A stretch of 64,000 nucleotides of DNA, taken from the IMG/VR virus record IMGVR_UViG_3300035182_001152, one strand, 5' to 3'. How positions within the stretch are numbered: position 1 is the stretch's first letter; every line of letters begins with the position of its first letter. The notes below the pieces were generated by a model, which saw only the letters and a program-made list of their open reading frames with translations, did no database searches and had not been told where the DNA came from. Below, piece after piece: positions 34,644 to 44,313 of this stretch. Origin of the DNA: a virus. Taxonomy: Duplodnaviria; Caudoviricetes. The translations under genes and the position numbers were made by a program.

Positions 34644-35648
34644 TTATTGCTTCAGAGCACCCCACACGTCATCCCACGTCCCCTGCAGAGCGCCCTTGGA
34701 GTAACTCGACTCCGTTTGCTCAAAGAAGTTGGTGTGTGACGGCAGAGCAAGCATTTCGTCGACCCAGGGCAGGGGGTTCTTCTTTTGCTTGAAGATGCCC
34801 TTGAGACCCATGCCAATCAATCGGCGGTCTGCAATGTATCGAATGTACGCATGCATGTCTTCCCTGGACAACTGCTGCTTGAATTCTGATGGATCCAGTT
34901 GCTTGTATGCAAGAGTGATGAACGCATCTTCGAGTTCAACCATCTTCTCAGCGATACCGTACAGTTCTGCCTTCAGTTCATTGGTCCAAACGTCCTTGTT
35001 TTCCTTGACAAATTCACGGAACAAGTACGTCATGCCTTCACAGTGAGTCGTCTCGTCAATGATTGACCACGTCACGATCTTTGTCGTGCCAGGCATCAGG
35101 TTATTGCGACCAAAATTCAGCAGCATCACAAATGAGCTGAACAGCTGCATCCCTTCCGTGAACGCAGAGATGGCGCACATTTGTTGAATCACCTTCGTCG
35201 CATCACCCGATTCAGCGATCTTCAGGATGAACTCGTGCTTGTCAGCCATCTCCTTGTATTTCATGAACTCGGTGTACGTAGTGTCTGGGAAGCCCAGTGT
35301 TTCGAGCAGGTGGCTGTACGCAGCGATGTGAACAGCCTCACGTGCTGCGAAGCCAAGTAACATCATCCGAACTTCAGGCTGTGGGAATGCTGGCAGGTAG
35401 TTGTTAACATAGCCAGCTGCAACATCAACGTCTCCTTGTGTGAACAGACGCAAAATCTGCGTTAGGAAGTCCTTCTGTCCAGCACTCAAACGCTTCTTGA
35501 AGTCGTACACATCTTGTTGCATTGGCACCACAGAGTGCAGCCAGTGAATCTGCTCGTGCTTAAGCCACAGCTCGTAGCACTTTGGATAGACGAACGGCTT
35601 AAATGTGCTTCGTACGTCTGTCAATTTAGTCTTCGTCTTTGTCATCAT
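34644..35648 (-). CDS. nrdB: Ribonucleotide reductase class Ia beta subunit
   Basis: FTQGDVDV, EAVHIAAYS, TEGMQLFSSF, DETTH, NFFE. Confidence 0.95.
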   Translation of the reverse strand: MMTKTKTKLTDVRSTFKPFVYPKCYELWLKHEQIHWLHSVVPMQQDVYDFKKRLSAGQKDFLTQILRLFTQGDVDVAAGYVNNYLPAFPQPEVRMMLLGFAAREAVHIAAYSHLLETLGFPDTTYTEFMKYKEMADKHEFILKIAESGDATKVIQQMCAISAFTEGMQLFSSFVMLLNFGRNNLMPGTTKIVTWSIIDETTHCEGMTYLFREFVKENKDVWTNELKAELYGIAEKMVELEDAFITLAYKQLDPSEFKQQLSREDMHAYIRYIADRRLIGMGLKGIFKQKKNPLPWVDEMLALPSHTNFFEQTESSYSKGALQGTWDDVWGALKQ

Positions 35649-36240
35649 GTTTATCATCCTTGATAATTTGCTCGATGCCATACTTTGGTATCGGTAGTTG
35701 TTTGATCACAGCTCGTATCCACGTCGCACGTGGTATCCCTAACTGTTCATATCCTAACTTGCCATATTGGTATGTTTTTGTAGTTCCATCCATAAACACA
35801 ACCGTATGGGGTGCAGCTGTTGGATTCTTTTCAGGCTTACCGCGCATTGGATTCTGGTCACCGGACATACGCTTTGATGCTGCTCTTCGAGATTGCGCTG
35901 TACGTCCAGGATTGTTAATTTTGTGGTGCCATTTCTTAAACTCAGAATAATTACGCTTAATAGTGTCAATCATTCGAGCAGTGAGAAGCCGATGTCCATG
36001 TGGATCACGAAGCATGCACAGAAATGCATATTGAATTCCAGCTTCAGTTGGATGCATTTTGCATAACAAATGATGAGCAACGTAATGCTCTTTATAGGTT
36101 AGCCTAACAAGATTCTCCTTTTCGTTAGTCCCACCCATTGCTTTGGGAACTTTGTGGTGAACCTCATATCCTTGTTCACGTTTATGACCGCGATGAGATC
36201 GTGTTTCAATTAGTTGTTGATATGCTTTGAAATAGTCCAT
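35626..36240 (-). CDS. MobE-like HNH homing endonuclease between nrdA and nrdB
   Basis: Y..Y..LI..., EVHHKVPKAMGG.N..ENLV.LT..EH.VAH.LL.K resembles the T4 MobE N-terminus, and the position matches T4 mobE. Confidence 0.88.
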   Translation of the reverse strand: MDYFKAYQQLIETRSHRGHKREQGYEVHHKVPKAMGGTNEKENLVRLTYKEHYVAHHLLCKMHPTEAGIQYAFLCMLRDPHGHRLLTARMIDTIKRNYSEFKKWHHKINNPGRTAQSRRAASKRMSGDQNPMRGKPEKNPTAAPHTVVFMDGTTKTYQYGKLGYEQLGIPRATWIRAVIKQLPIPKYGIEQIIKDDKHDDKDED

Positions 36241-36264
36241 GGATCCCTCCATGGACTATTTATT
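36230..36264 (-). promoter_or_regulatory. RBS/start-sequestering hairpin with an overlapping late promoter
   Basis: Perfect 14-bp inverted repeat AAATAGTCCATGGA-GGGA-TCCATGGACTATTT (minus strand). It covers the SD and ATG; TAAATA overlaps the 5' arm. Confidence 0.85.
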
Positions 36265-36288
36265 AGCCTTCGCAACCTTCCGCGAGGG

Positions 36289-38094
36289 TCAACCTTGACA
36301 CGCCAAACAATCTTCGCCTTCGGCAACCTTACGCATTGTCTCAATTTCCTCTTCAATCCGAACTCGCTTGACACGCTTACCAACCTTGTCGGTGTTCGCC
36401 AGCTTTTCAGTGCGGACGTAATACATTGCCTTCGCACCCTTTTTCCAAGCAGAGAAGTGGATCATGTGCAGCTTAGCAATAGAAATGTCGGGACGAATGA
36501 ACACGTTGAACGATTGGCCCTGATCAATGTACGGCTGACGATCTGTCACGTGCTCAACAGTCCACAATTGGTCAATTTCAGACGCACACTTGAACACGTC
36601 TTTCTCATCCTGTGTCAGACAATCCAAAGACTGCGCTGATCCTTCGTCTTGAACGATTTGTAGCCACGCCTGATCGTAATTGCATCGGCCTTGTGCAGCC
36701 TTGACCTTCAGCAGCTCGTCTAGTTGCTTGTTCTTCTGAATGAACGTCCCCGACAGCGTGTCCTGCCGGAATGCATTTGCGCGCCACGCCTCACCCGACG
36801 GCGAAACATTACCGCAGATCAGAGCATTGCTCGCCGTGGGTGCAAGAGCGCTCATATGAGCAAAGCGAAGGCCGGTACCTTCCAGCCACTTCGGCGATCC
36901 ACGTTCAGCGCCGAGATCGGCATTGGCACGCTCCAGGTGAGCGTGGAACTGCTTGAAGATTCGAATATTCGTCGACTTTGCGATAGCACAGTCGAACGGA
37001 ATCAGGTGCTTCTGCAGGTATGAGTGGAAACCCATAATCCCAATACCAATCGAACGCTCTTCAACGGCCGACTTGATGGCACGGGAAATCTGATGAGGAG
37101 CATTGTCGATGAAGTACTGCAGGACGTTGTCCAGCATCTCTGCAATGTCCTTGAAGAACTGGTAGTTGTCCTTGTACTCATCCCAGTGAGCCAGATTGAT
37201 CGAAGACAGGCAGCAGACAGCAGTTGTATCCTTGTCCGTCATCAGCTCAATCTCAGAGCACAGGTTGGACTGCACAACTTTGTAACCGCGTTCCTTGAGG
37301 ATCGGACGGATCGCCTTGTTGACGTTCCCCACAAAGTGGATGTACGGCTCACCGCGGCCTTGGCCAGCACGAAGCTCGAGGAGCTTTGTCCACAATTCGC
37401 GCGCTGAAACCGTTTCATGTAGCTTGCCAGACTGAGGATCGCGCAGTTCCCATGAGTCATCAGCATTCTCGTCGTACATGCAGCGTTCAATGATCTCCAT
37501 GAACTCATCAGGGATATTAACGCCATGGTGGAGGTTTAAGCAGCGACGATTCTGGTCGCCAGTTTCCTTGCGCATTTCAAGGAATTCGGTGATATCTGGG
37601 TGGCTGATATCAAGATACATAGCGTAGCTGCCGCGCCGAGTAGTACCCTGCTTGTACGCTAGACTGGAACGATCGTATACGCCCATGTGCGGTAGAACAC
37701 CAACGGACTTCTCATCGGCGCCGCGGGTGCCAAAATACACACCAACACCACCTCCCAGCATAGACAGCCAGTTCGTTTCCGACAGAGCGTCTACCAGACC
37801 TTCCTTGGAATCGTGAACGTTCACTAGGAAACACGAAATTGGCAGGCCTACCTTGTTGCGGCCGAATGATAGAACCGGGGTGGAGTAGCCTAGCCAGTGC
37901 TTGCTTGCATAGTCATACAAGCGCTGTGCGTGTTCTGGGTTGCTGCCGAAAGCGTGCGATACGTATGCGTATCGGTGCTGCGGCGACGTCTCGTTGTCCA
38001 TCATGTACGAGTCTTTGAGACGTTGAATACCGATCTCATCGAGCAATGCATCGCGCGATGTGTCAATTTCGATGCCTAAGTACACATCTTTCAT
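36289..38094 (-). CDS. nrdA: Ribonucleotide reductase class Ia alpha subunit
   Basis: TPVLS, PISCF, GGGVG, QG.TRRGS, GEPY, QSNLCSE, VCCLSS, GIGIMG, LAPTAS, DQGQS.N, KAMYY.R, C-terminal CLACQG. Confidence 0.96.
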   Translation of the reverse strand: MKDVYLGIEIDTSRDALLDEIGIQRLKDSYMMDNETSPQHRYAYVSHAFGSNPEHAQRLYDYASKHWLGYSTPVLSFGRNKVGLPISCFLVNVHDSKEGLVDALSETNWLSMLGGGVGVYFGTRGADEKSVGVLPHMGVYDRSSLAYKQGTTRRGSYAMYLDISHPDITEFLEMRKETGDQNRRCLNLHHGVNIPDEFMEIIERCMYDENADDSWELRDPQSGKLHETVSARELWTKLLELRAGQGRGEPYIHFVGNVNKAIRPILKERGYKVVQSNLCSEIELMTDKDTTAVCCLSSINLAHWDEYKDNYQFFKDIAEMLDNVLQYFIDNAPHQISRAIKSAVEERSIGIGIMGFHSYLQKHLIPFDCAIAKSTNIRIFKQFHAHLERANADLGAERGSPKWLEGTGLRFAHMSALAPTASNALICGNVSPSGEAWRANAFRQDTLSGTFIQKNKQLDELLKVKAAQGRCNYDQAWLQIVQDEGSAQSLDCLTQDEKDVFKCASEIDQLWTVEHVTDRQPYIDQGQSFNVFIRPDISIAKLHMIHFSAWKKGAKAMYYVRTEKLANTDKVGKRVKRVRIEEEIETMRKVAEGEDCLACQG

Positions 38095-38345
38095 GTAAGA
38101 GTACCTTTGTTGTTGTTATTAGAATTAGTTACCAATGATCACGCGCATACGTACGACTGGACCCAGTCGCCCCAACATTGCATTGGGAGGAAGAAGAAGA
38201 AGAACGGTCGACAGACCGTTTTGGTGTTGATGTCGGTTCATAGGTGGCCTATTTAGTGTTGTTATTTTGAACCGTCGGAACGAACTGAAAGACGCTGCGG
38301 TAGTCTCATTTCATTTTAGCTGACCCCTCTGTTTGTTATCAACAG

Positions 38346-38373
38346 TTGACGATCGATTAACAATTCGTATACT
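38346..38373 (+). promoter_or_regulatory. Sigma70-like promoter
   Basis: TTGACG - 16 nt - TATACT. Confidence 0.55.
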
Positions 38374-38443
38374 GAAAAGCGTTAGTTCGTGATCTGCAGC
38401 CCGCAGATCGTTTTCATCAACTGTCATCCATAGGACACCCACC

Positions 38444-38719
38444 ATGGCAGAAAAAGAAGCCCCCAAGGAAAAGGATATCGGTCAGATCGTCCGTTACCTG
38501 ACGACCACGTTCAATCAGGCTACCAGTCAACTCAACCGTCCCTTCCGCAGCAACGCTAAGGGCGCCAACCAGGCGTATCAGTTGCAGACTGCGTTCGCCT
38601 ACCTGCTGAACGAGGTTGTGCAAGGCCCACGCTGCGTCCTGCAGAAGAACATTGCAGCTTGCAATGAGTTCATCGATCAGGTCATTCAAGACCTGAATCA
38701 AGAACAGGCCTCTGCCTGA
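38444..38719 (+). CDS. Hypothetical protein
   Basis: AGGA RBS; high-GC3 codon style. Confidence 0.7.
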   Translation: MAEKEAPKEKDIGQIVRYLTTTFNQATSQLNRPFRSNAKGANQAYQLQTAFAYLLNEVVQGPRCVLQKNIAACNEFIDQVIQDLNQEQASA

Positions 38720-38770
38720 ACCGAGCGGTCTCAGTGACATAAATACCTCGGTTGCAAAACTGGGGTAACC

Positions 38771-39349
38771 ATGCTCATTGAAGACCTTATCGGGACGAAT
38801 GTCGGTGTCGGCATTCAAGAAATTCAGACAATCAAACGAGAGTGCTCGCAATTCCTAACGGAAGCTGCGGGCTCTCCGTTGTTGAAGGCTCTACCCGAAA
38901 CGTACTTCAACTTCCACAAAGTTAAGGTGCGCTTGCAAAAGCGCCATGATCAAGTGTCTGAGGTATTTGAACGGGCGTTTGGGAGTGAGTTTGCGAACCT
39001 TCGCCAACGAGCTGTGTTCTCATACCCCGTAAAGCCCCACATTCATGAGGGTTCGGACTTGTTCTACGTGTTTCCGATCAACGGATACAAGTACCTATAC
39101 AGCAAAGAAGTATCAAACTCTGGTACGGAGTACCAGCACGTAATCGATACGATGTGTGAGCAATTTGATGACCCATCTCAGGCTTCTGACCTTGTTTCAG
39201 ACCTGTTGAAGTATACGTACGTTTCAGATAACCTACGTGAAGGGATTGCTGCCGACTCAGAAATCATCCTGTACGGCATCCCCTACTACTACGCAATCCG
39301 TGTCAATGCATGTCGCGAGTACGCGCCGTTCTTTGCCAATTGCCGGTGA
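38771..39349 (+). CDS. Hypothetical late protein
   Basis: Follows CATAAATA at 38738. Confidence 0.75.
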   Translation: MLIEDLIGTNVGVGIQEIQTIKRECSQFLTEAAGSPLLKALPETYFNFHKVKVRLQKRHDQVSEVFERAFGSEFANLRQRAVFSYPVKPHIHEGSDLFYVFPINGYKYLYSKEVSNSGTEYQHVIDTMCEQFDDPSQASDLVSDLLKYTYVSDNLREGIAADSEIILYGIPYYYAIRVNACREYAPFFANCR

Positions 39350-39376
39350 CATAAATATATCAACAAAGGACCATAA

Positions 39377-39691
39377 ATGGCCAACATTCTGTTTTCCCTG
39401 CCTAACGGCGCTGAACTGATCGGCAAGGTTGTCGAAGAAACGACCGAAGCGTATACGATCGACCAACCTTTGGCAATTCGCCCAGTTCAAAAGGTCCCTG
39501 GCCAGTTCGTTCTCGACCTGTTCCCCCACAGTCTGACGAACCCCGAAGGCAAGCACAAGTTTAGCAAGAGCCAACTGCTCAGCATCTCACTTGAGATCCC
39601 TGACATGCTTGAGAAGGCTTACAACGAACGCACATCCAGCATCATCATCAACGGTGCTGTTGACGCTTTCGCTAACCTGATTCAGAAGTAA
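39377..39691 (+). CDS. Small beta-rich (Sm/SH3-like) hypothetical protein
   Basis: Follows a late motif; L.NG.ELIG.V pattern. Confidence 0.7.
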   Translation: MANILFSLPNGAELIGKVVEETTEAYTIDQPLAIRPVQKVPGQFVLDLFPHSLTNPEGKHKFSKSQLLSISLEIPDMLEKAYNERTSSIIINGAVDAFANLIQK

Positions 39692-39694
39692 GCA

Positions 39695-40696
39695 ATGCCA
39701 AAGGTCGTAGTTAAAGGCGAAAGCGTCTATAAGTGCAACGTATGCACGCGAAGCGTCCGTGTCCCAACTAACAAACAGGGACTGGACGTACTATCTCGTT
39801 GCATCATTACACATGGATGCCAAGGCAAACTACACCGAGTGACATTGACTAAAGATATCAATGAAACCCCTGCCTTCCCTCCAGAAGTGCAGGGCGTTGA
39901 AGATTGGTTCCAACGGAAGGTGCTGTACACACATGAGCAGCCCGTCCAATCGCTGACGTGGACAATTAAGCACGATCTTCAGAATCGTCCCAAGATCCAC
40001 ATTTACGTCAACCGAATCATTGACGGCGTGAAGACGCTCGTCAGCTCGAATCCAAAGACTGTAACAATAATTGACTTGAACACCGTCCAGGTCACGTTTG
40101 ATACAGCTGAATCTGGACTTGCACAGTGCATCGCACTGTCCTCCCAAAATTCAACTAACCCATCCTCTACAGCAGCAACGGCTGCATCAACGACCGCCGT
40201 GCAGATTACGAGCGACGTTGGTGAGCTGACTCTCGCAACGCTGTCGTCCTCCCCACTTGTAGCCCTCGCGTTGACGTATCGCACGTCTGGTATTGCTCAA
40301 GACGTAACAATCCAGTACTCTGGCATTGACAACGTCGCATCGATCAATTCCCCATGGTCGGGCGCTCGCAACGTGGTGATCAATGGCAAAAAGTACACGG
40401 TTCGAAGCTTCAACCTAACTACAACACCGCTCGCACCAGCATACTTCGCTGCTGGTGATGTGCCTGCAGGCTCTGCATTCTACGTAAGCAACTACGTTGG
40501 TGCACCTCCTGCGGCTGGTGAGTGCTTGATTCTGCTCGGCTCACCACCGTACGCAACTATCGACCGTGTGTACGACAAATACATCGACGTGGCATATTTG
40601 AACTCAGACGCACCCGAGTTGTTCTATACAACTGGCAAGGGGTATGCTCAACCGTCAGTGTTGAGGTCTACATACCCGCCCGTGTTGGTAGTTTAA
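39695..40696 (+). CDS. Probable virion structural protein
   Basis: Thr/Ser-rich; WTIKHDL.NRP...Y motif typical of tail/baseplate domains; N-terminal Cys cluster. Confidence 0.6.
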   Translation: MPKVVVKGESVYKCNVCTRSVRVPTNKQGLDVLSRCIITHGCQGKLHRVTLTKDINETPAFPPEVQGVEDWFQRKVLYTHEQPVQSLTWTIKHDLQNRPKIHIYVNRIIDGVKTLVSSNPKTVTIIDLNTVQVTFDTAESGLAQCIALSSQNSTNPSSTAATAASTTAVQITSDVGELTLATLSSSPLVALALTYRTSGIAQDVTIQYSGIDNVASINSPWSGARNVVINGKKYTVRSFNLTTTPLAPAYFAAGDVPAGSAFYVSNYVGAPPAAGECLILLGSPPYATIDRVYDKYIDVAYLNSDAPELFYTTGKGYAQPSVLRSTYPPVLVV

Positions 40697-40736
40697 TCCG
40701 ACTTTTTGATTCTATAATCTCCAAATAGGAGAAGAT

Positions 40737-42086
40737 ATGGATAATAACAACAAACAACGCCTTCTGGTGGAGTACTTGATTTCCTCCCCGGATACCTTTG
40801 CGCGATGCAAAGGAATTGTCAAGTCGACATACTTCGATCCAGAGTATCGCAAGACAGTTGACTTTTTGCACTCATACTACGACAAGTATAGTGCAACGCC
40901 GAACCCAGCACAGGTCAAGGCTGAAACTGGCGTTCATCTAGAAACACACCACATTACCCGAGATCAGATTATGTACTGTTCGGATGAGATTGAAACATTC
41001 TGTCGCCGCCGCGCGGTGCAACAGGCAATCCTCGCTGCACCGAAGATGATTGCAGATGAGGATTATGGCGGTGTTGAGAACCTAATCAAGGACGCGATTT
41101 CTGTGTCCTTGAATCGTGAACTTGGCCTTGAGTATTTCTTATCGCCACTTGAACGACTACGGGCCCTTGCAGCGACACCGCAACGCACCCCAACCTTGTG
41201 GACCGCATTTGATCAACTGCTCGGTGGTGGCCTGGCACGCAAGGAAATCTTGCTGTTCTCGGCTAACTCCGGCGGTGGTAAGTCGATCACTCTCGCCAAC
41301 TTAGCACTAAACTTCTTGATGCAAGAGAAGTTCCCAGGAGCTGGCAAGAAGATGGATGTGTTGTACATATCTCTAGAACTGTCTGAAGAGTTGATTGCTC
41401 AGCGATTCGACACGATGTACACTGGGATTTCATCGGTTTGCTGGCAGGATAACTACCGCCGAATTGCTGATGAGGTCAAAGATATCGGCCAGCATATGGG
41501 TCGATTGACAATCAAGCACATGCCATCAGGCACGAATGCTAACGCAATCCGCGGATTCCTGAAAGAGTTTGAACTCAAAAATGGATATATCCCTGACCTG
41601 TTAGTGATCGATTACCTTGATATTATGGGAGCAAATGAGCACGTTTCAGCGGATAATGTATTCGAGAAAGACAAGCGCTCAGCTGAACAGCTTCGTGATA
41701 TCTTGTTTGAATACAACATGTATGGTGCCACTGCTTCCCAACAGAACCGTTCTGCCATTGATGCTCAAGAGTTGAATCACAGCCACATCGCTGGCGGTAT
41801 CAGTAAGGTCAATACTGTTGACTGGTATGTGTCAATCATCATGAATTCAACCATGAAAGCCGCTGGCGAGATTGGATTTGCATTCCTGAAGACTCGTAGC
41901 AGCGACGGTGTTGGCAAGACGATCTACCTGAAGTGGGACAACAACAGCCTGCGGATCAAGAACATGCCGAAGGATGAAGAAGTCGATGACGATGGTGTCA
42001 TAAGTAACAAGATCGCCGATCTGAAGGCGAAGAGAACCCCAAAGCAGCAAAAACTGCTTGACATCTTCGACTTGCCAGAGTCGTAA
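40737..42086 (+). CDS. DnaB-like replicative helicase (T4 gp41-like)
   Basis: ANSGGGKS, YISLELSE, VIDYLD, TASQQNR, KTRS. Confidence 0.93.
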   Translation: MDNNNKQRLLVEYLISSPDTFARCKGIVKSTYFDPEYRKTVDFLHSYYDKYSATPNPAQVKAETGVHLETHHITRDQIMYCSDEIETFCRRRAVQQAILAAPKMIADEDYGGVENLIKDAISVSLNRELGLEYFLSPLERLRALAATPQRTPTLWTAFDQLLGGGLARKEILLFSANSGGGKSITLANLALNFLMQEKFPGAGKKMDVLYISLELSEELIAQRFDTMYTGISSVCWQDNYRRIADEVKDIGQHMGRLTIKHMPSGTNANAIRGFLKEFELKNGYIPDLLVIDYLDIMGANEHVSADNVFEKDKRSAEQLRDILFEYNMYGATASQQNRSAIDAQELNHSHIAGGISKVNTVDWYVSIIMNSTMKAAGEIGFAFLKTRSSDGVGKTIYLKWDNNSLRIKNMPKDEEVDDDGVISNKIADLKAKRTPKQQKLLDIFDLPES

Positions 42087-42114
42087 ATACACCAATAACA
42101 ATAAAGGAGACGAT

Positions 42115-42417
42115 ATGTCACTGAAGCTCGAACCAACCACAATCATCAACGTTGATAGCTCATCATTCGAAGTATCGAAGATGAGTGCAGAAGTTCAACA
42201 AATGATCAAGTACTTCGATGATTGGCGTCAGAAGGAAGTTGATCTGACCAGCAACCTGCTGATGGTCCGCGGGGCAATCCGCGACATCCAGAACACCCTC
42301 CTGGAGACGATCACCAAGGAATTGGAGGCAGCCAAGGTGAAGGCTGTAGCCCCGGCAGAAGACGTTACCGACGTCGCCCCTGCTCCGGTCAAGCGCATCA
42401 AGCGCACAGCCAAGTAA
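42115..42417 (+). CDS. Hypothetical coiled-coil protein
   Basis: AAAGGAG RBS. Confidence 0.75.
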   Translation: MSLKLEPTTIINVDSSSFEVSKMSAEVQQMIKYFDDWRQKEVDLTSNLLMVRGAIRDIQNTLLETITKELEAAKVKAVAPAEDVTDVAPAPVKRIKRTAK

Positions 42418-42448
42418 CTCTACCCACTTATAACCAGAAGGATATCAC

Positions 42449-42742
42449 ATGAAACTAACCGAAGGCAAAATCACCACGATCATCTACGAGAAGGACAGTG
42501 GTGAGAAATCGTCCCGTGTCATCATCCCCGTTCAAGTTCCAAAGGATCTGATCCGCGCAATCGACCTGTCGGACGTTGAACCGGATCAACGTGAAGCCGT
42601 CGCGAAGCTGTATGAAGAGTACGCTGAGTACAAGGCTCGATACCTGAGCAATATGTTCAACTTCGAGACGTGGGCTGATCACACATATGGTGCTGTGATG
42701 AAACCAGCGTGGCGATCCTTCAAAACTTCTGGTCTACGGTGA
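42449..42742 (+). CDS. WYL/Sm-like beta-barrel protein
   Basis: IIYEK.SGE.S.R...AID...WRSFK pattern. Confidence 0.6.
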   Translation: MKLTEGKITTIIYEKDSGEKSSRVIIPVQVPKDLIRAIDLSDVEPDQREAVAKLYEEYAEYKARYLSNMFNFETWADHTYGAVMKPAWRSFKTSGLR

Positions 42743-42745
42743 ACG

Positions 42746-42773
42746 AGAGCCTCTTCGGAGGCTCTTTTCTTTT
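42746..42773 (+). terminator. Intrinsic terminator
   Basis: AGAGCCTC-TTCG-GAGGCTCT-TTTCTTTC. Confidence 0.85.
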
Positions 42774-42824
42774 CTGGTTCCATAAATACAGCACGAAACT
42801 ACACGCTGTAGAGGAACAGAATCC

Positions 42825-43994
42825 ATGAAACTGCTGAAACAACTAAACGATAACGCCAAGACCCAAGCTCTTGCAGAAGATGCGGCAGGGGGTGCTGTAG
42901 GCGGCGGCGCTATGGGGATTGTTGCTATGCCCCTGTTCTCCTCTCTAGTGAAGAACACCAAGCCTGGCACGTCCATCAAGCCAATCCCAGGCCCGTATGC
43001 TGGCAAGAAGTCCAAGAAGAAGGGCATCTTTGGTCTGAAGGAAGCGTTCGACTCGGCAATGGGTGGTCAAGGTATGGGTGACGCTGCAGGTGGGGCAAAG
43101 CCAGCCCTTGACACCACAGAGGTGATGGCAAAGCTAAAGGGCCTTGAGCAGAAAGAAAAGGTCGACCACCGTGATACCGTCTCGTTTGGCCTTGAGGATG
43201 ATAATGGCGCTACAGTCCGCGTCACTGTCAAGCGCGACCAAGCTGAAGACTTTGAAAAGGCCCTCCAATCGATGATGGCCAGCTTCGAGGAGGAAGACGA
43301 AACTGTGCCAGAGATTGCTGAAGTACTGTTCAAGCTGAAGGATCAGTTTGACATTGTCGATGTTAAGTGGCCAGAAATCGCTGAAGACGAAGAAGAAGAC
43401 CAAGCTGTTGCAGGCGGTGAGCAGGCTGATCCTGGTGGCGAAGGCGACCTAGGCGATCCAAACGATCCGAATGCTGGAGGTGACATGGACCTCGGCGAAC
43501 CAGAGCCAGCTGCTGGTGGGGATGCCGACGCTGCCGGCCTACTGACGCAAGTCATTGACATGATGAAGGCTGACGCTGAAGCCCGTAAGGCAGAGGCGCG
43601 TGCTCGCGAAGCAGAGGCAAAGGGCAAGGAAGCAAACGCGATCGTTGCACAAACAATGGCTCGTGTTAAGCAAGAAGAGCAGTACCTGGACATGGACAGC
43701 TACAACAAGGCTAAGAAGGAAGAGAGCAAGGAAGCCAAGCGTCTAGCACAACTGGCTAAGTGGAAGCACGATCTTGCACGCGATTCTGGCGACAGCCTTG
43801 ATGACGACACTGACGGTGCTGATATGCCTTTGGTTCCAAATCGCGAGACAGCACCAGAAGAAGAGGAGCGCACGTATCGCACCCCTTCACGTGTTCCACA
43901 CACCCAAGTAGCACAACCGAAGAAGGTAGCCCCCGCTAAGGGCCGCGTACACCCGTACGACATCGCCGAATTCATCATTGGTAGGGTCAAATAA
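42825..43994 (+). CDS. Acidic low-complexity late protein (possible internal head protein)
   Basis: Follows CATAAATA at 42781; Gly/Asp/Glu-rich with an AEAR coiled coil. Confidence 0.75.
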   Translation: MKLLKQLNDNAKTQALAEDAAGGAVGGGAMGIVAMPLFSSLVKNTKPGTSIKPIPGPYAGKKSKKKGIFGLKEAFDSAMGGQGMGDAAGGAKPALDTTEVMAKLKGLEQKEKVDHRDTVSFGLEDDNGATVRVTVKRDQAEDFEKALQSMMASFEEEDETVPEIAEVLFKLKDQFDIVDVKWPEIAEDEEEDQAVAGGEQADPGGEGDLGDPNDPNAGGDMDLGEPEPAAGGDADAAGLLTQVIDMMKADAEARKAEARAREAEAKGKEANAIVAQTMARVKQEEQYLDMDSYNKAKKEESKEAKRLAQLAKWKHDLARDSGDSLDDDTDGADMPLVPNRETAPEEEERTYRTPSRVPHTQVAQPKKVAPAKGRVHPYDIAEFIIGRVK

Positions 43995-44311
43995 TGGACG
44001 CCCAGTTGTCATTTAAGAGTTACCTAAGTATGGTTGTGGAAGATGTCCAACAAGACATCGCCAAGATCACGTCCGACATTGCAATGATTGATACACAAAT
44101 CAATCAACGCACACAACCGCTTCTGACGCGCAAGGCCGCTCTACAAAAGATGCTGGCCCTCAAGCAGAAGCAGGCGCAAGCGGACGCAACCAAGGATGGC
44201 GCGCCCCAGCCTGGTCAGACGCAGAACCCGATGCAGGCATCAAACCAGACGAAGACGCCTGGTGCTGCACAGACGCAAACACCAGGTAATGCACCTCAGC
44301 TACCTCAATAA
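43994..44311 (+). CDS. Gln-rich hypothetical protein
   Basis: TAATG coupling. Confidence 0.7.
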   Translation: MDAQLSFKSYLSMVVEDVQQDIAKITSDIAMIDTQINQRTQPLLTRKAALQKMLALKQKQAQADATKDGAPQPGQTQNPMQASNQTKTPGAAQTQTPGNAPQLPQ

Positions 44312-44313
44312 CA

